NCBI GenBank assembly: GCA_963827685.1
Contig: CAWHBU010000005.1
Coordinates: 310,994-374,993 of the forward strand
From: an uncultured delta proteobacterium
GTDB taxonomy: Bacteria > Desulfobacterota > BSN033 > UBA1163
Length of the DNA stretch: 64,000 nt
Direction: 5' to 3'
Made by a program: the position numbers and the translations under genes. The notes below the pieces were generated by a model. It was not told the DNA's origin. It made no database searches and worked only from the letters and a program-made list of their open reading frames with translations. Positions 28,595-38,865 of this stretch are shown in pieces. How positions within the stretch are numbered: the stretch's first letter is position 1; each line of letters opens with the position of its first letter.

Positions 28595-29392
28595 CTACTT
28601 CACTTTTGGATGTTCCGTGCCAAGGTTGAAATGGCATTGACCGCATTCCTGGATTCCACGAGTATTCTCCAACACACTGCCTTTGTCATGACAGCTCCTG
28701 CAGGATTCTGCCGCCGCTGATAAGTTGTAGTTCCGTTGAAAGGTGCCCGCAAAATAATCATTTAAAAGCTCAACCGTATGCATTGCTACGCTTGCCGCAA
28801 GTCGTCCGCATCTTTCATTCCGGGCAGGGCTGAAGGACTTAAACCCGGAAGCCTTGCACCAGTTTGTAACGGAAACATGACATAAAGGAGAACCAGATTT
28901 ACTTTTAACTATTTCTCCATCATAAATTTTCGGTTTCGCAGGTTTATATATTGGAAGTCCTGTCTGTTCGTACCAGTGGTATAGGTCTTTAACAATATCA
29001 AAAGCCTTCTCCCTTTTTTCGATACTACCTGTAACTAAGAATATCGCAAAGGAAGCTCCGTTCAGCGCCCCACAAAAATTTGAAGTCCCAGCCATTCCTC
29101 CTTCCCCCACTACCCACATTTCAGTGGGGATAGAAGTATAAGGAGACCCTACATTCTTTGCTAACTCATTGATGATGGCCGAAAATGCTCCATAACAGCA
29201 AGCCCCTTTTAAATATCCCTCATAACCTCGTTTTCCAACGGCGTTTACATCCAGCTTTTTATACGGCCATGGTAATGCGGCTGCTTCCTCAGCCCTTACC
29301 CCAAATACCTCTTTTGTCGCCAACCCTGTAATTGCCGTGCCTAATACGAGACCGCTTAAGCCCCTTAATACATCTCTTCTTGTAACCTCCAT
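28595..29392 (-). CDS. Split-Soret cytochrome c precursor-like protein (C-GCAxxG-C-C family), Tat signal
   Basis: TRRDVL, LPWPYKKLD, CCYGAF, CGALNG, CHVSVTNWC, ERCGRL, CRSCH and CGQCH. Confidence 0.85.
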   Translation of the reverse strand: MEVTRRDVLRGLSGLVLGTAITGLATKEVFGVRAEEAAALPWPYKKLDVNAVGKRGYEGYLKGACCYGAFSAIINELAKNVGSPYTSIPTEMWVVGEGGMAGTSNFCGALNGASFAIFLVTGSIEKREKAFDIVKDLYHWYEQTGLPIYKPAKPKIYDGEIVKSKSGSPLCHVSVTNWCKASGFKSFSPARNERCGRLAASVAMHTVELLNDYFAGTFQRNYNLSAAAESCRSCHDKGSVLENTRGIQECGQCHFNLGTEHPKVK

Positions 29393-29559
29393 TTCTTAAC
29401 CTCCTTCTATAGTTTTCTGATTTGATTCAATTTCAACCTGATTCCCACGTGAAAACTAAGAATTAGATTTTCACGTTCCCAATTTTTGGATGAAACCGAA
29501 ACCCTTACTGAACATACTTTGCTCTCCCCTCTTTTCGATCTCAACTGTTCGTGCCCCCT

Positions 29560-30654
29560 TTATGGCTTACAGGATACGTGGCAGACCCCAGCCGGAGTCT
29601 CCACGGCATAGGGGAAATATTTTTTCTTAAACCAGAGAGCCACGTTGACAAGGCTGATCAAGACAGGAACCTCTAAGAGAGGGCCGATGACGGCAGCAAA
29701 GGCTTGCCCCGAATTGACCCCGAACACGGCAACCGCCACAGCAATGGCGAGCTCAAAATTATTTGACGCCGCCGTGAAGCTTAGCGTGGTGGACTGTTCA
29801 TAGGTGGCCCGCACCTTCGCCGACAGATAAAAGGAGACGAAGAACATGACTACGAAATAGATGAATAATGGAATGGCAACCCGGACAACATCCAGCGGGA
29901 GCTGTACAATAAACTCACCCTTAAGAGAGAACATAACCAGAATGGTGAAGAGAAGGGCAATCAGGGTGATGGGGCTGATCTTTGGGACGAATTTCTCCTC
30001 GTACCACTCCCGTCCCAGTGTTTTCAGGCCGATGAGTCTCGAAAGGACACCCGCGATAAAAGGTATTCCAAGATAAATGAATACACTTTCAGCAATCTGC
30101 CCAATTGTGATTTTGACTGCCATTCCTTTTAGTCCCAGCCAGGGGGGTAGCACGGTGATAAAGATATAGGCATAGATGGAGAAAAAAAGAACCTGGAAAA
30201 TAGAATTAAATGCAACAAGCCCGGCGCAGTACTCTCTGTCACCAGAAGCCAGGTCATTCCAGACGATGACCATGGCGATGCAGCGGGCCAGACCGATCAA
30301 GATCAACCCCACCATGTATTCATGATAGCCGGAAAGAAAGGTAATGGCTAAAAGAAACATAAGGATGGGTCCGATGATCCAGTTCTGGACTAAAGAAAGG
30401 GCAAGGACTTTATAGTTGCGAAACACCTGGCCAAGTTGTTCGTATCTCACCTTCGCTAAAGGCGGGTACATCATTAGAATAAGCCCGATGGCAATCGGAA
30501 CATTGGTCGTCCCGGATTGAAACTGATTCCAGAAGCCGACCACACCAGGGAAGAGATATCCCCAGCCCACACCCACAAACATCGCCAGAAAGATCCACAA
30601 AGTCAGAAACCGATCCAGGAATGAGAGTTTTCGAGTCACCTCTTCTCCAGCCAT
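29560..30654 (-). CDS. acr3: ACR3-family arsenite efflux transporter
   Basis: [43 protein letters not shown]. Confidence 0.95.
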   Translation of the reverse strand: MAGEEVTRKLSFLDRFLTLWIFLAMFVGVGWGYLFPGVVGFWNQFQSGTTNVPIAIGLILMMYPPLAKVRYEQLGQVFRNYKVLALSLVQNWIIGPILMFLLAITFLSGYHEYMVGLILIGLARCIAMVIVWNDLASGDREYCAGLVAFNSIFQVLFFSIYAYIFITVLPPWLGLKGMAVKITIGQIAESVFIYLGIPFIAGVLSRLIGLKTLGREWYEEKFVPKISPITLIALLFTILVMFSLKGEFIVQLPLDVVRVAIPLFIYFVVMFFVSFYLSAKVRATYEQSTTLSFTAASNNFELAIAVAVAVFGVNSGQAFAAVIGPLLEVPVLISLVNVALWFKKKYFPYAVETPAGVCHVSCKP

Positions 30655-30739
30655 TTTCCATATCCTCCTTTTCTTCCTGTTAATTCATCCAATATCCAAA
30701 GGAACTACTTCTTCCAATGTCAATCTTCTGAAAAGAAAA

Positions 30740-32017
30740 CTATGGACACTGAATCACACCCTGCGCCCACAGACAGCCACCACAAGTGGGAAAGGGGTTG
30801 CCAAAACAATCCTCTTCATTTGACTCGATCAGATCACAGCCTCCACAGAAGGTACAGTATGAAAAGTCAAATTTCTGTACGCGTTCCCGGAAGGTGACAT
30901 ATTCCGGTGCATTCCATAAGACCTTCAGGTCGCGCTCACTGACATTCCCAATGACATATCTTTTTAGGTAACGAACCCAACTATTCAAGTACGTTTTATA
31001 GCTATGAAGAAGTGGTAGACACGGGCTGAGATTACCTTCCCAACCTATTGCTGTTGCCCCACTCTCGACAAATGGACAGCGGTCGTTTGATTCGTCAAAG
31101 CCGGCCCCTGCGAAGATGATGCTATGACCTCCTCGCATGGCCTTAAATAGGGATTCTTGGGTGGTCTCGTTCACATCCATCTTGGGGAGTCTCATCCGAG
31201 CACCCCAGGATGTAGGAAGATAGATTGCATCGGTCAAAGCGCGCGAATATAAAATCTCATCACACATTTCCACGCTGTAGGGGAGAACATTGGTCACAAG
31301 GAAGCGACTTGCGCCTAATTGGCTCCCAAGGTGAATCACGGCAGGAAGGTCAGCAATATTGCGCTTCATGGCCACAAAGACGACGCCGATCTGCGGGTTC
31401 AAATGCTGATCAAAACCGAAGGGCGGAGGGTAGTCGCCCCAACGGATTCTTCGTAAATCGGCAAGATTGGCGAGCACTTCAGGAAGGGCAGCCCCCAGCC
31501 GCACGTCTGCGTAACTCTCAGGCGTAGCGCCATCCAGTGAAACCCAGAGCATGTCGAGGCCGGCTTCAATCAACCGGAGTGACAGCTCCTGGGTTAGAAG
31601 TGTCCCGTTGGTGATCAGTTCGACTGTTATGCCAAGAGCCTTGACCCTTGCTACCATTTCGACAATGCCTGGATGAGACAGGGGCTCACCAAACCCACCA
31701 AAAAAAACAGTAGGCGGAGGAGAGAAGACTTTCAAACCCGTGATGATCCGCGAGAAGGTCTCGTTGCTCATCTGGCCTAAGGGTTCATCCCAAACATTTC
31801 GCATACAGGTACGGCACCCCAGGTTACAGGCATTTGTTGGTTCAATGTACACCTTAGAGAGTTGCGTCACAGGCTGGCGAAGATGCAAGGCATTTGACCT
31901 TTCATCGATATAAACTTCGGCGCCAGGCTTCAGTCCGTAGAGGGACACCACCTCCCGCGGCAGAATCAGTCGCCCTTCATCATCCACATAAGCCCGTAAT
32001 TCTGATTTCAGCCTCAT
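30740..32017 (-). CDS. Radical SAM/SPASM protein (tungsten-oxidoreductase maturase-like) with N-terminal AbrB-like domain
   Basis: VDDEGRLILP; CNLGCRTC; C-terminal CxxCxxC..DC..PTCGGCLWAQGVIQCP. Confidence 0.85.
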   Translation of the reverse strand: MRLKSELRAYVDDEGRLILPREVVSLYGLKPGAEVYIDERSNALHLRQPVTQLSKVYIEPTNACNLGCRTCMRNVWDEPLGQMSNETFSRIITGLKVFSPPPTVFFGGFGEPLSHPGIVEMVARVKALGITVELITNGTLLTQELSLRLIEAGLDMLWVSLDGATPESYADVRLGAALPEVLANLADLRRIRWGDYPPPFGFDQHLNPQIGVVFVAMKRNIADLPAVIHLGSQLGASRFLVTNVLPYSVEMCDEILYSRALTDAIYLPTSWGARMRLPKMDVNETTQESLFKAMRGGHSIIFAGAGFDESNDRCPFVESGATAIGWEGNLSPCLPLLHSYKTYLNSWVRYLKRYVIGNVSERDLKVLWNAPEYVTFRERVQKFDFSYCTFCGGCDLIESNEEDCFGNPFPTCGGCLWAQGVIQCP

Positions 32018-32023
32018 GTGATC

Positions 32024-33136
32024 TCAATAGGGAATCGGTCTTTTAAGTTGATCCTTTGAAGAAATGATCAGCTCTTCAATTTCTGGATCAGACTCCATCC
32101 CAGGGTGCATAAGGGGGAGATGGTTCTCAAAAGTATTCTTACCCTCTGTACTTGGCATTTTCTTCAGTTGTTCATTAAATTGTTTCATCATCTCTTTGGG
32201 GTTTTCGATTTCTTTGGCATGTTGAGGCTCCTTCATCCTCTTTTGGATTTCTTTGATGTTTTTTTGGATCATTGTCTGTGGGAGGACATCCACAAATTCG
32301 TTAGACCCCTTTAATAGTCTTAAATTCATTTTTCCAATATGAGCCCCAAAAGCATCCGTCTGAACATAGATGGAATTATGGAACTGCTTCGGGAAAATGA
32401 AAGAGCGATCATTTCCCCCAATGACAACCGATATTTTTGGAATTCTTTCCGTAAAAGTCTGAATCTCCGTAGGGGTGAGATGGGCAAGGGCAATGATATG
32501 GTCGCAGCCGGCCAAGTAACGATTGATTGTTTCCAGTGAGGCTTTTATGGGGTCTTCAACAAAATAGCTCTTTAATTCCTTCTGAATAAAGGGGTGAATA
32601 TCAGGAGTCAGAAGGCCGATGATTCCTATTTTCATGCCATCCACTTCTATTATGAGGTGGGATTTAAAAATGGGGCTTCCCGTCTTTTTTTCTTTCAGAT
32701 TTGCAGAGAGAAAGGGAATTTTGGAATTTTTTTGAAGGGCCTTCAAATATTCAATACCTAACCCGAGATCTGTATCCCCAATGTTGATCGCGTTATATCC
32801 CATCTTTTCGTAAACCCTCAAAACGAACTCTGCCCTTTTTCGGGCTTTCTCTCTTTCACTCGGTCGATCGAAGTAGCTCATTATCAACGCGTCCCCGCCG
32901 TCGAGAAGGAGAAGGTTTTGGGCTTCCTCTCTGACTTTCTTGATATAGTGATCTCTTCTTGCCAGCCCCCCGTTATTTCCTGTTTCAGGACAAGTGCCGC
33001 AGGGTTCCAATTCTCCTAAAGTGTTCGAAGTATAGATCAGCGTCATAGAGGTCTCGCTTCCGAGGACTGAAGAGGAAATGTAATGTAAAGTAAAAAAGGT
33101 AAGGATGATACTAATCGAGATTATTCTTCTCATCAT
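32024..33136 (-). CDS. UshA-like 5'-nucleotidase-fold protein (Cys form)
   Basis: YTSNTLGELEPCGTC..GGLARR, LLLDGGD, PFLSANL. Confidence 0.75.
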   Translation of the reverse strand: MMRRIISISIILTFFTLHYISSSVLGSETSMTLIYTSNTLGELEPCGTCPETGNNGGLARRDHYIKKVREEAQNLLLLDGGDALIMSYFDRPSEREKARKRAEFVLRVYEKMGYNAINIGDTDLGLGIEYLKALQKNSKIPFLSANLKEKKTGSPIFKSHLIIEVDGMKIGIIGLLTPDIHPFIQKELKSYFVEDPIKASLETINRYLAGCDHIIALAHLTPTEIQTFTERIPKISVVIGGNDRSFIFPKQFHNSIYVQTDAFGAHIGKMNLRLLKGSNEFVDVLPQTMIQKNIKEIQKRMKEPQHAKEIENPKEMMKQFNEQLKKMPSTEGKNTFENHLPLMHPGMESDPEIEELIISSKDQLKRPIPY

Positions 33137-33207
33137 CTTCCCTCTTTCTCAATCAATTCCTTTCGGTGCCGCCATTAGGCAATATCGAGAGCCTCAGAGT
33201 AGTAGGT

Positions 33208-34029
33208 TTAATCTTCCAGGATTGCTTTCACGATCAGGTCTTTTGCCCGCTTCACATCATCCTGAGAGACATATTCCATCAGCCCCTTCATATTCTGCCC
33301 GATATCTTCGTGAAGAGCTTTCTTTTTCATGCCGATGTCTCTCGCCAGGACGATACTCTTCGTCACCTTAAATCCGGCTTCCTCCGTTATCTTCCGGCTA
33401 CATTCAAAAGGACAGCCATCCACGGTCACGACCTTTTTGGCTGCCTTCGTTTTTCCCATAACAGGAGGAATCCTCTCCGGTAATGCTCCCAGGCATCCAA
33501 TTGCCACCTTCTCCAGCCCCAGTTCTTTCACTGCTTCGAGGCTGGCTAAGGCACTGGTAATGCCAGTATTGGACAAACCTCCAAAACAGGAAAAGATGAT
33601 GTTCTCATGGGTCTTCATTCCTTCCTGCCAATGTTTTTGTTCTTCTGCCATCTTCGTTTCTCCTTTCCCTCTGTTTTTCCCTTCCAATAGTTCTTTCACC
33701 GCCTTCTTCAATAGCGAAAGGTCGGAAGATTTCAGTATGAAGGCACCTGCCGGTGATGTTGTAGATTGATTCCTGTATTCGGGATAGGCGGTATGGAGGA
33801 TAACTGGGGTTTTCTTATATCGACTCGCAATCTTTCGCAAGGTTTCAATACCGTCCATCTCCGGCATACGAATATCCAATATAATCAGGTCAAACAGGGC
33901 CCTTTCCAGGCACTTCAAAGCCTCTCTCCCACTCTTTGCCAAGACAACCTCATGACCTTCCTCTTGAAGTTCTTCCTGATAGAGGAACCGCTGGGACTCA
34001 TCGTCTTCTACGATCAGGATCTTAGCCAT
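33208..34029 (-). CDS. Response-regulator receiver domain in frame with DGC-domain putative zinc-binding protein (internal start at 33651)
   Basis: KILIVEDD..LDIRMPEMDG; then AAGGAG RBS plus MAEEQ..SCFGGLSNTG..GCL..VDGCPFECS. Confidence 0.75.
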   Translation of the reverse strand: MAKILIVEDDESQRFLYQEELQEEGHEVVLAKSGREALKCLERALFDLIILDIRMPEMDGIETLRKIASRYKKTPVILHTAYPEYRNQSTTSPAGAFILKSSDLSLLKKAVKELLEGKNRGKGETKMAEEQKHWQEGMKTHENIIFSCFGGLSNTGITSALASLEAVKELGLEKVAIGCLGALPERIPPVMGKTKAAKKVVTVDGCPFECSRKITEEAGFKVTKSIVLARDIGMKKKALHEDIGQNMKGLMEYVSQDDVKRAKDLIVKAILED

Positions 34030-34042
34030 AAAGAATTCAGCT

Positions 34043-34279
34043 CTATCGTGTCAAGATAAACTTCTTAATCTCATCCAACGGAGGGAGAGGAAGTCCACTG
34101 TGAGCCATCTTGCCTTCGATCAACAAAATGGGTGGATCCCCTCTGTATTTTGATATTTCTTTATCCTCCACTATCTTCACTATCTTTGCTTCACGTCCCG
34201 TCTCTTTTAGGGCTTGGGCAACTAAAATCTCAAGTTTAAGGCAATTAACGCAGGCAGGTCCTAAGATCTTGATATCCAT
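34043..34279 (-). CDS. Small thioredoxin-like protein
   Basis: MDIKILGPACVNC. Confidence 0.8.
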   Translation of the reverse strand: MDIKILGPACVNCLKLEILVAQALKETGREAKIVKIVEDKEISKYRGDPPILLIEGKMAHSGLPLPPLDEIKKFILTR

Positions 34280-34397
34280 AATGCACCTCCCATTTCAAAT
34301 GCTTTCAGCATTCTCCTTATTTGAACTTTTTCTCCGTTCCGGGCATTTCTATGTTTAGCTATAGTTTCAGTTCTTCCGTCACCATCCTGACCTCATT

Positions 34398-34652
34398 TTA
34401 ATCTTCCAGCTTCGTCAACCCAATCTGTCGGGGCCGAAAGGTGATGAGTCGTCCTCCTTTTTTTGCGGTCGGGGTTTTTTCTTCTTCGAAATACTGGAGT
34501 CCCTTGAGGGCCGTATTGAGATAGGGGAGCATATCGCTAATATCCGCAGAAAGATCAGCCATCGCATTTACCTTCTGGGATGAAAGATTACAATCTGAGA
34601 GAACGATCCTTAATTGATAGTCTTTCATGAACATGTTTCCTATTTTTTTCAA
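34398..34652 (-). pseudogene. Truncated paralog of the adjacent (Fe-S)-binding protein
   Basis: DMLPYLNTALKG..KLED then TAA where the paralog reads EDENE; homology continues after the stop. Confidence 0.7.
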
Positions 34653-35203
34653 CTCCCGGGAGACACCGAAGGGACATCATATCCGGCCACATGGAGAAGT
34701 TCAAGCAGGACGTTACGTTTCTCCTGATATTCTTCTGAAAAGAGAGGGATGCATTTCTCAATGTTAATCTCCTGGCCTACTAATTTAACAGCGAAGGCGA
34801 GACAGGTCAGCTCATCACATTTTCTGCAATTTGTCCCGGGGAGGAGTCTGAAAATATCCAGGGCCTTGAGCTCCGCCCCTTTCGAATAGTTGGGCTCGAT
34901 CTGGTCTCTTTTTTCATAAGTTTCATTGATGAGATCTCTCAACCACCTCAGAATTTCTTCAGCCTCATTTTCATCTTCGATTTTGGCTAAGGTAATATGG
35001 CGGGCATGCAGGGTAAACAATTGTCCGTCCTTTTTGATGGTTAATGTCAACGCTGGGTGATTATAGATACATCCTTTGAGGGTGGCATTCAGATAAGGGA
35101 AGGCCTCATAAATCTCACCCGATACCTCTGCGATCACCCGGATCTTCTCCGGGTCGGCCAGACAAGGAAGGGTGCGTGTGATTTTGTATGAGTTAAGTAA
35201 CAT
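34649..35203 (-). CDS. (Fe-S)-binding protein with putative Fe-S cluster domain
   Basis: AFPYLNATL; LPGTNCRKCDELTCLAFA..CIPL. Confidence 0.8.
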   Translation of the reverse strand: MLLNSYKITRTLPCLADPEKIRVIAEVSGEIYEAFPYLNATLKGCIYNHPALTLTIKKDGQLFTLHARHITLAKIEDENEAEEILRWLRDLINETYEKRDQIEPNYSKGAELKALDIFRLLPGTNCRKCDELTCLAFAVKLVGQEINIEKCIPLFSEEYQEKRNVLLELLHVAGYDVPSVSPGS

Positions 35204-35210
35204 GGTTTTC

Positions 35211-36767
35211 TCATAAGAAAAGGGTTATCAATATACCTGCCAGGGCAAAGAAGAACAGGGCGGTGAACAATTTGATGGTCGAAGTTCTCCTCTGGAGAAA
35301 GAAGGATAATTGTTCCGAGGTTGTTCCCCAATAGACAATACCGAAAATGGCCACCAAGGGCAGGACATAAACGATATTGTATAGAATAAGGTAAAAAATA
35401 GCGCTGTCTCGAAGGGATGGGATATTGGTAACAAATAGGATGGTGGGGAAATAGACCTGACTTGTACAAGTGGATTGCAACAGGGTAACGATGAAACCAA
35501 TCACCATCGCAGCAAACAAAAAGCGAGTGGATTTGCCTTCTTTGTTCGCCTCCAATTCTCCCTCTCTTGTCCGGATAATACGGTGAATCCTCTTCTTTAA
35601 AGAATCCGGCACCTGGAGTGTCATCCTGGAGGGTCGGCCTCTCTTGAGTTGGACATAATCGTAGAGGCTGAAGATCCCAAGGAATACGGAAAAAACAAAA
35701 GTGATTAAATAGACGATTCGGGAGAAGAGGGGTAGAAATGAAAGATGCTGAACGAAACCAAGAATTCCAAGGCCAAGCAATAAATGGGTGACAAAGCCCG
35801 CCCCGGTAAAACCCATTCCTACCCAGAAGATCTCTTTTCGTGTCCGGCCTACCATGGTGAGATAGGAGATAAAAAAGACGAGCGTAGCCAAAGCACAAGG
35901 ATTCAACCCTTCGATCAAACCTGCGAGGAGGATGGCCAGGATTCCAAAGGATTTGAACCGCTCTATAATCGATGCATCTGCTTTTTTGATTTCATCAGGT
36001 GTTAGGGATAGCGATGGTGAAATGGATTTCCGGTCACCAACACGGACGCCTTCGCTATACTTTTGGATCAGCGCTTCGAGCCTGGATTCCGTGACCTCGT
36101 CTGGAGAAAGGTAGTCGTTTCCAATAAAGATACTTGGGGCGATCAAACGTTTTTCCGAAGGGAGATTGAGACGGTTCGACAGAGTTTCGTTCAATCGTTT
36201 TCCGTCAGGGGTATTGAGGTCAATGTCCTTAATTTTTAAATGAGGATATTTTTTTAAAAAATATTTCAACAGATAATTTGCCCGATCACAATAGGAACAC
36301 CCTTTTTGGTAAAAATAGGCAAGCTCTACCGAGGCCGTGCTGGTGATCGGTGTTGGTGAATGGCGAATGTCTGAAATCTCAAGAGGAGGCAGAGGAGGGA
36401 TAAGATCCCCCTTCATCTGGTATTCGAGAATCAGGGGATCCAATCTTTCCACAACCTCCCGTTCTCCGGAGAGCATTTGATCTCCAATAAAGATGACCGG
36501 GAGTTCGTTCCCCCTGCGATTGAACTTTTTCTCGATCTTTGCAAGGGCTTCATAATAGGTCGGATTCGCCAAATCAAAGGTCTTGATTTCAAGAAAGGGG
36601 TAGATCGATTTGAGGGTGGGGACATAGCTTTGAAGAATGGCCTGGCAGTTGGGGCAGTCATCCGCATAGAAGATGTACATTTGAATCGAAGTGGCTTGCT
36701 GCCCCTCTCCGGGGGCGGAAAAGGGAAGAAGCAAGATATAACATAGAGCGATCGTCCATTTTTTCAT
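35211..36767 (-). CDS. Two thioredoxin/glutaredoxin domains plus DsbD/CcdA-like membrane domain
   Basis: FYADDCPNC, FYQKGCSYC, EGLNPCA, CTSQVY. Confidence 0.85.
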   Translation of the reverse strand: MKKWTIALCYILLLPFSAPGEGQQATSIQMYIFYADDCPNCQAILQSYVPTLKSIYPFLEIKTFDLANPTYYEALAKIEKKFNRRGNELPVIFIGDQMLSGEREVVERLDPLILEYQMKGDLIPPLPPLEISDIRHSPTPITSTASVELAYFYQKGCSYCDRANYLLKYFLKKYPHLKIKDIDLNTPDGKRLNETLSNRLNLPSEKRLIAPSIFIGNDYLSPDEVTESRLEALIQKYSEGVRVGDRKSISPSLSLTPDEIKKADASIIERFKSFGILAILLAGLIEGLNPCALATLVFFISYLTMVGRTRKEIFWVGMGFTGAGFVTHLLLGLGILGFVQHLSFLPLFSRIVYLITFVFSVFLGIFSLYDYVQLKRGRPSRMTLQVPDSLKKRIHRIIRTREGELEANKEGKSTRFLFAAMVIGFIVTLLQSTCTSQVYFPTILFVTNIPSLRDSAIFYLILYNIVYVLPLVAIFGIVYWGTTSEQLSFFLQRRTSTIKLFTALFFFALAGILITLFL

Positions 36768-36780
36768 GAAGCCTCTTCTC

Positions 36781-37476
36781 CTATAGCGTGATTCCCAGGT
36801 AAATCAAGTAGATCCCGGCAAAGACGACGATCGACCCTCCGATGCGTTTGCCCCATGCGGTTACGTTGGAGATCCCTTTGGATTTAACGAAGTTTTCCAC
36901 AAAGCCGGTTGCTGTCCCGGCTAAAAAGATCAGGGCACAGTGTCCGAGGGCGTAAATGAACAACAAGGAGGTCCCATAAACAACCTCTCCCTTTGTGGCA
37001 ACAAAGGTCAGAATGAGCGCGAGGACGGGCGTCGCACAGGGAGAGGAGATGATGCCGAAGAAAAGACCAAGAAGGAAAGCCCCCAGGATTCCTCTCTTCT
37101 TTGGCTGAAGATGAACAGGAATGGGCAAATTCCACTCAAAGAGGCCGATCAGATGAAGACCGATGGCGGCAGCAATTCCTCCTACGACGAAGTACCAGGT
37201 CCGGCTGATGATGCCAAACAGGCCCCCGATAACGGAAGCGATGGCTCCAAGAACAGTAAACGTGAGCGAAAGACCGAGGATAAACGTTAGAGAGTAAAGG
37301 ACTGCCTTGCGACGGTCTCCCTCTGAATAACCTCCCACATATCCAATGACCAGAGGAATGGTGGCCAGAACACAAGGACTTGAAGAGGAAAGGATGCCCC
37401 CAAGGAAGACACCGAAATAGGCAAGAAATGGGTTTTCAGAAAGAGATTGTGAGAGATAATTGAGAAAAGTTTCCAT
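36781..37476 (-). CDS. ccdA: CcdA cytochrome c biogenesis/disulfide transporter
   Basis: SSSPCVLATIP and SSPCATPVL. Confidence 0.9.
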   Translation of the reverse strand: METFLNYLSQSLSENPFLAYFGVFLGGILSSSSPCVLATIPLVIGYVGGYSEGDRRKAVLYSLTFILGLSLTFTVLGAIASVIGGLFGIISRTWYFVVGGIAAAIGLHLIGLFEWNLPIPVHLQPKKRGILGAFLLGLFFGIISSPCATPVLALILTFVATKGEVVYGTSLLFIYALGHCALIFLAGTATGFVENFVKSKGISNVTAWGKRIGGSIVVFAGIYLIYLGITL

Positions 37477-37479
37477 CGT

Positions 37480-37893
37480 CTATTTTATCCCCATCGTTTT
37501 GAATACGTTCTTGATCTGCTCCTTGTCCATAAATCCCACGTGCCGGTAAACTTCCTGATTCTTTGAATCGAAGAAGATCTGTGTCGGGATGAGCTGAATT
37601 CGATTCGCCCGGGTGAGTTCACGTTCATTGTAAATTTCTATTATCTTAATTACCACGCGCCCTTTGTATTCCTCTGATAGCTCTTGAAGAATAGGAGCCA
37701 TTTTCTTACAGGGGATGCACGTACCCGCTCCGAAGTCGAGGAGTTTGGGGAGGGTAATTTTGGCAATCTCTTTTGGAATCTTTCGATCCGTTGAAGATTG
37801 CGCTAAACACGCTTGATGTGAGAATAAAAGTATGAAGAGGATCAATAATTTGATCAATGAAATGAAAAGGAAACTCCGCCTTTTTTTGCTCAT
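37480..37893 (-). CDS. Exported thioredoxin-family protein
   Basis: DFGAGTCIPCKKMAP, IPTQIFFD, RHVGF. Confidence 0.9.
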   Translation of the reverse strand: MSKKRRSFLFISLIKLLILFILLFSHQACLAQSSTDRKIPKEIAKITLPKLLDFGAGTCIPCKKMAPILQELSEEYKGRVVIKIIEIYNERELTRANRIQLIPTQIFFDSKNQEVYRHVGFMDKEQIKNVFKTMGIK

Positions 37894-37896
37894 GAA

Positions 37897-38070
37897 TTAT
37901 TTCTCCTCGAAAGCCCGGACCATATGGCCACGGCTCGCCTGGTCCAGTTGTGGCTTAAGACATTCCTTTAGAAACAAGAGAGCTTCCTCTTTATCTTGGT
38001 CGAGAAGGATTCTCGTTAGTCTCAGTGTCTCCTCTGGCGTCAGTTTCAGTAATATTGAATCGATCGTCAT
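37897..38070 (-). CDS. Small hypothetical protein (non-Sec paralog of the upstream gene)
   Basis: MTIDSILLKLTPEETLRLTRILLDQDKEEALLFLKECLKPQLDQASRGHMVRAFEEK; RBS GGAGG. Confidence 0.75.
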   Translation of the reverse strand: MTIDSILLKLTPEETLRLTRILLDQDKEEALLFLKECLKPQLDQASRGHMVRAFEEK

Positions 38071-38144
38071 TCTTTTACCTCCTTCACCCACTTCTCGATT
38101 ACCAGTAGGAAGAGTTTCATTCCCCCCATTAATTTTAGACATAT

Positions 38145-38360
38145 TTATCCACTATTTTTACCAAAGGCATCTTTTTGAGAAGGCTTATACGAAGCCTCAA
38201 AGACCGGCACTCAATGATCCCGTGTCGCCTGCTCCAGTTGGGGTTTGAGGCACTCTTTAAGAAAAAGGAGCCCCTCCTCCCTGTCTTCATCCATGAGAAT
38301 TCTTGTCAGTCTGAGGGTTTCCTCAGGACTAAGGCTTATGACAACGCTCTTGATCGTCAT
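38145..38360 (-). CDS. Predicted 71-aa selenoprotein (Sec50), absent from the ORF track
   Basis: ATGA-coupled start; MTIKSVV..LKPQLEQATRDH-TGA(38213-38211)-VPVFEAS..G-TAA. Similarity to the paralog continues past the TGA; hairpin AGGCTT-CGTAT-AAGCCT. Confidence 0.75.
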
Positions 38361-38863
38361 CTCTGTTCCTCCTCAAGCCATTTCTTGATCATCGACTTCG
38401 AAGGCACTCTTCCGGAAGATTTCACCTTCCCATTGATAATGAGTGCTGGGGTAGGAAGGATGCCATATTGAGCCATCAGACTTGGATCGGAGATGTGATT
38501 CAATCCCGTCTTGATTCCGGTTTCGGAAAGAACAGCCATGACATCCTGCTCCAGTTTGTTGCAGGAATAACAGCCCGGCCCGAGGATAGCCACTTCAAGG
38601 AACTCACCTCTCTCTTCTTCCACTTTCTCTCCCAAAGACTTTTTGAATTCCCTAAAAAGTGCTTTGGCATATCCCTCCTTAACGGACTGCGGGATATAGT
38701 TTTTTTCCCCCACCATCTCGATCAGCCTCTGCTTCAAATCAGACTCACCCATTCCTCTTTGAGCCTTCAACTCCTCAAACATTCCCTTCAGTCCCATGAG
38801 ACCGACCTGTGTGTTGCCAACAAGTACGAGACGATAGTCCTTTTCTTCCATAAATCTCTCCAA
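38357..38863 (-). CDS. Two-domain protein: NYIP-motif helical domain plus Thioredoxin_3 domain
   Basis: TQVGLMGL..KNYIPQS..YAKALFREF; ILGPGCYSC..TPALIING. Confidence 0.8.
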   Translation of the reverse strand: MERFMEEKDYRLVLVGNTQVGLMGLKGMFEELKAQRGMGESDLKQRLIEMVGEKNYIPQSVKEGYAKALFREFKKSLGEKVEEERGEFLEVAILGPGCYSCNKLEQDVMAVLSETGIKTGLNHISDPSLMAQYGILPTPALIINGKVKSSGRVPSKSMIKKWLEEEQR

Positions 38864-38865
38864 AT

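Noticed and set aside
34398-34400. Recoded stop in the Fe-S paralog
   Set aside because: The codon is TAA where the paralog has Glu, and further stops follow; this is a pseudogene, not recoding.
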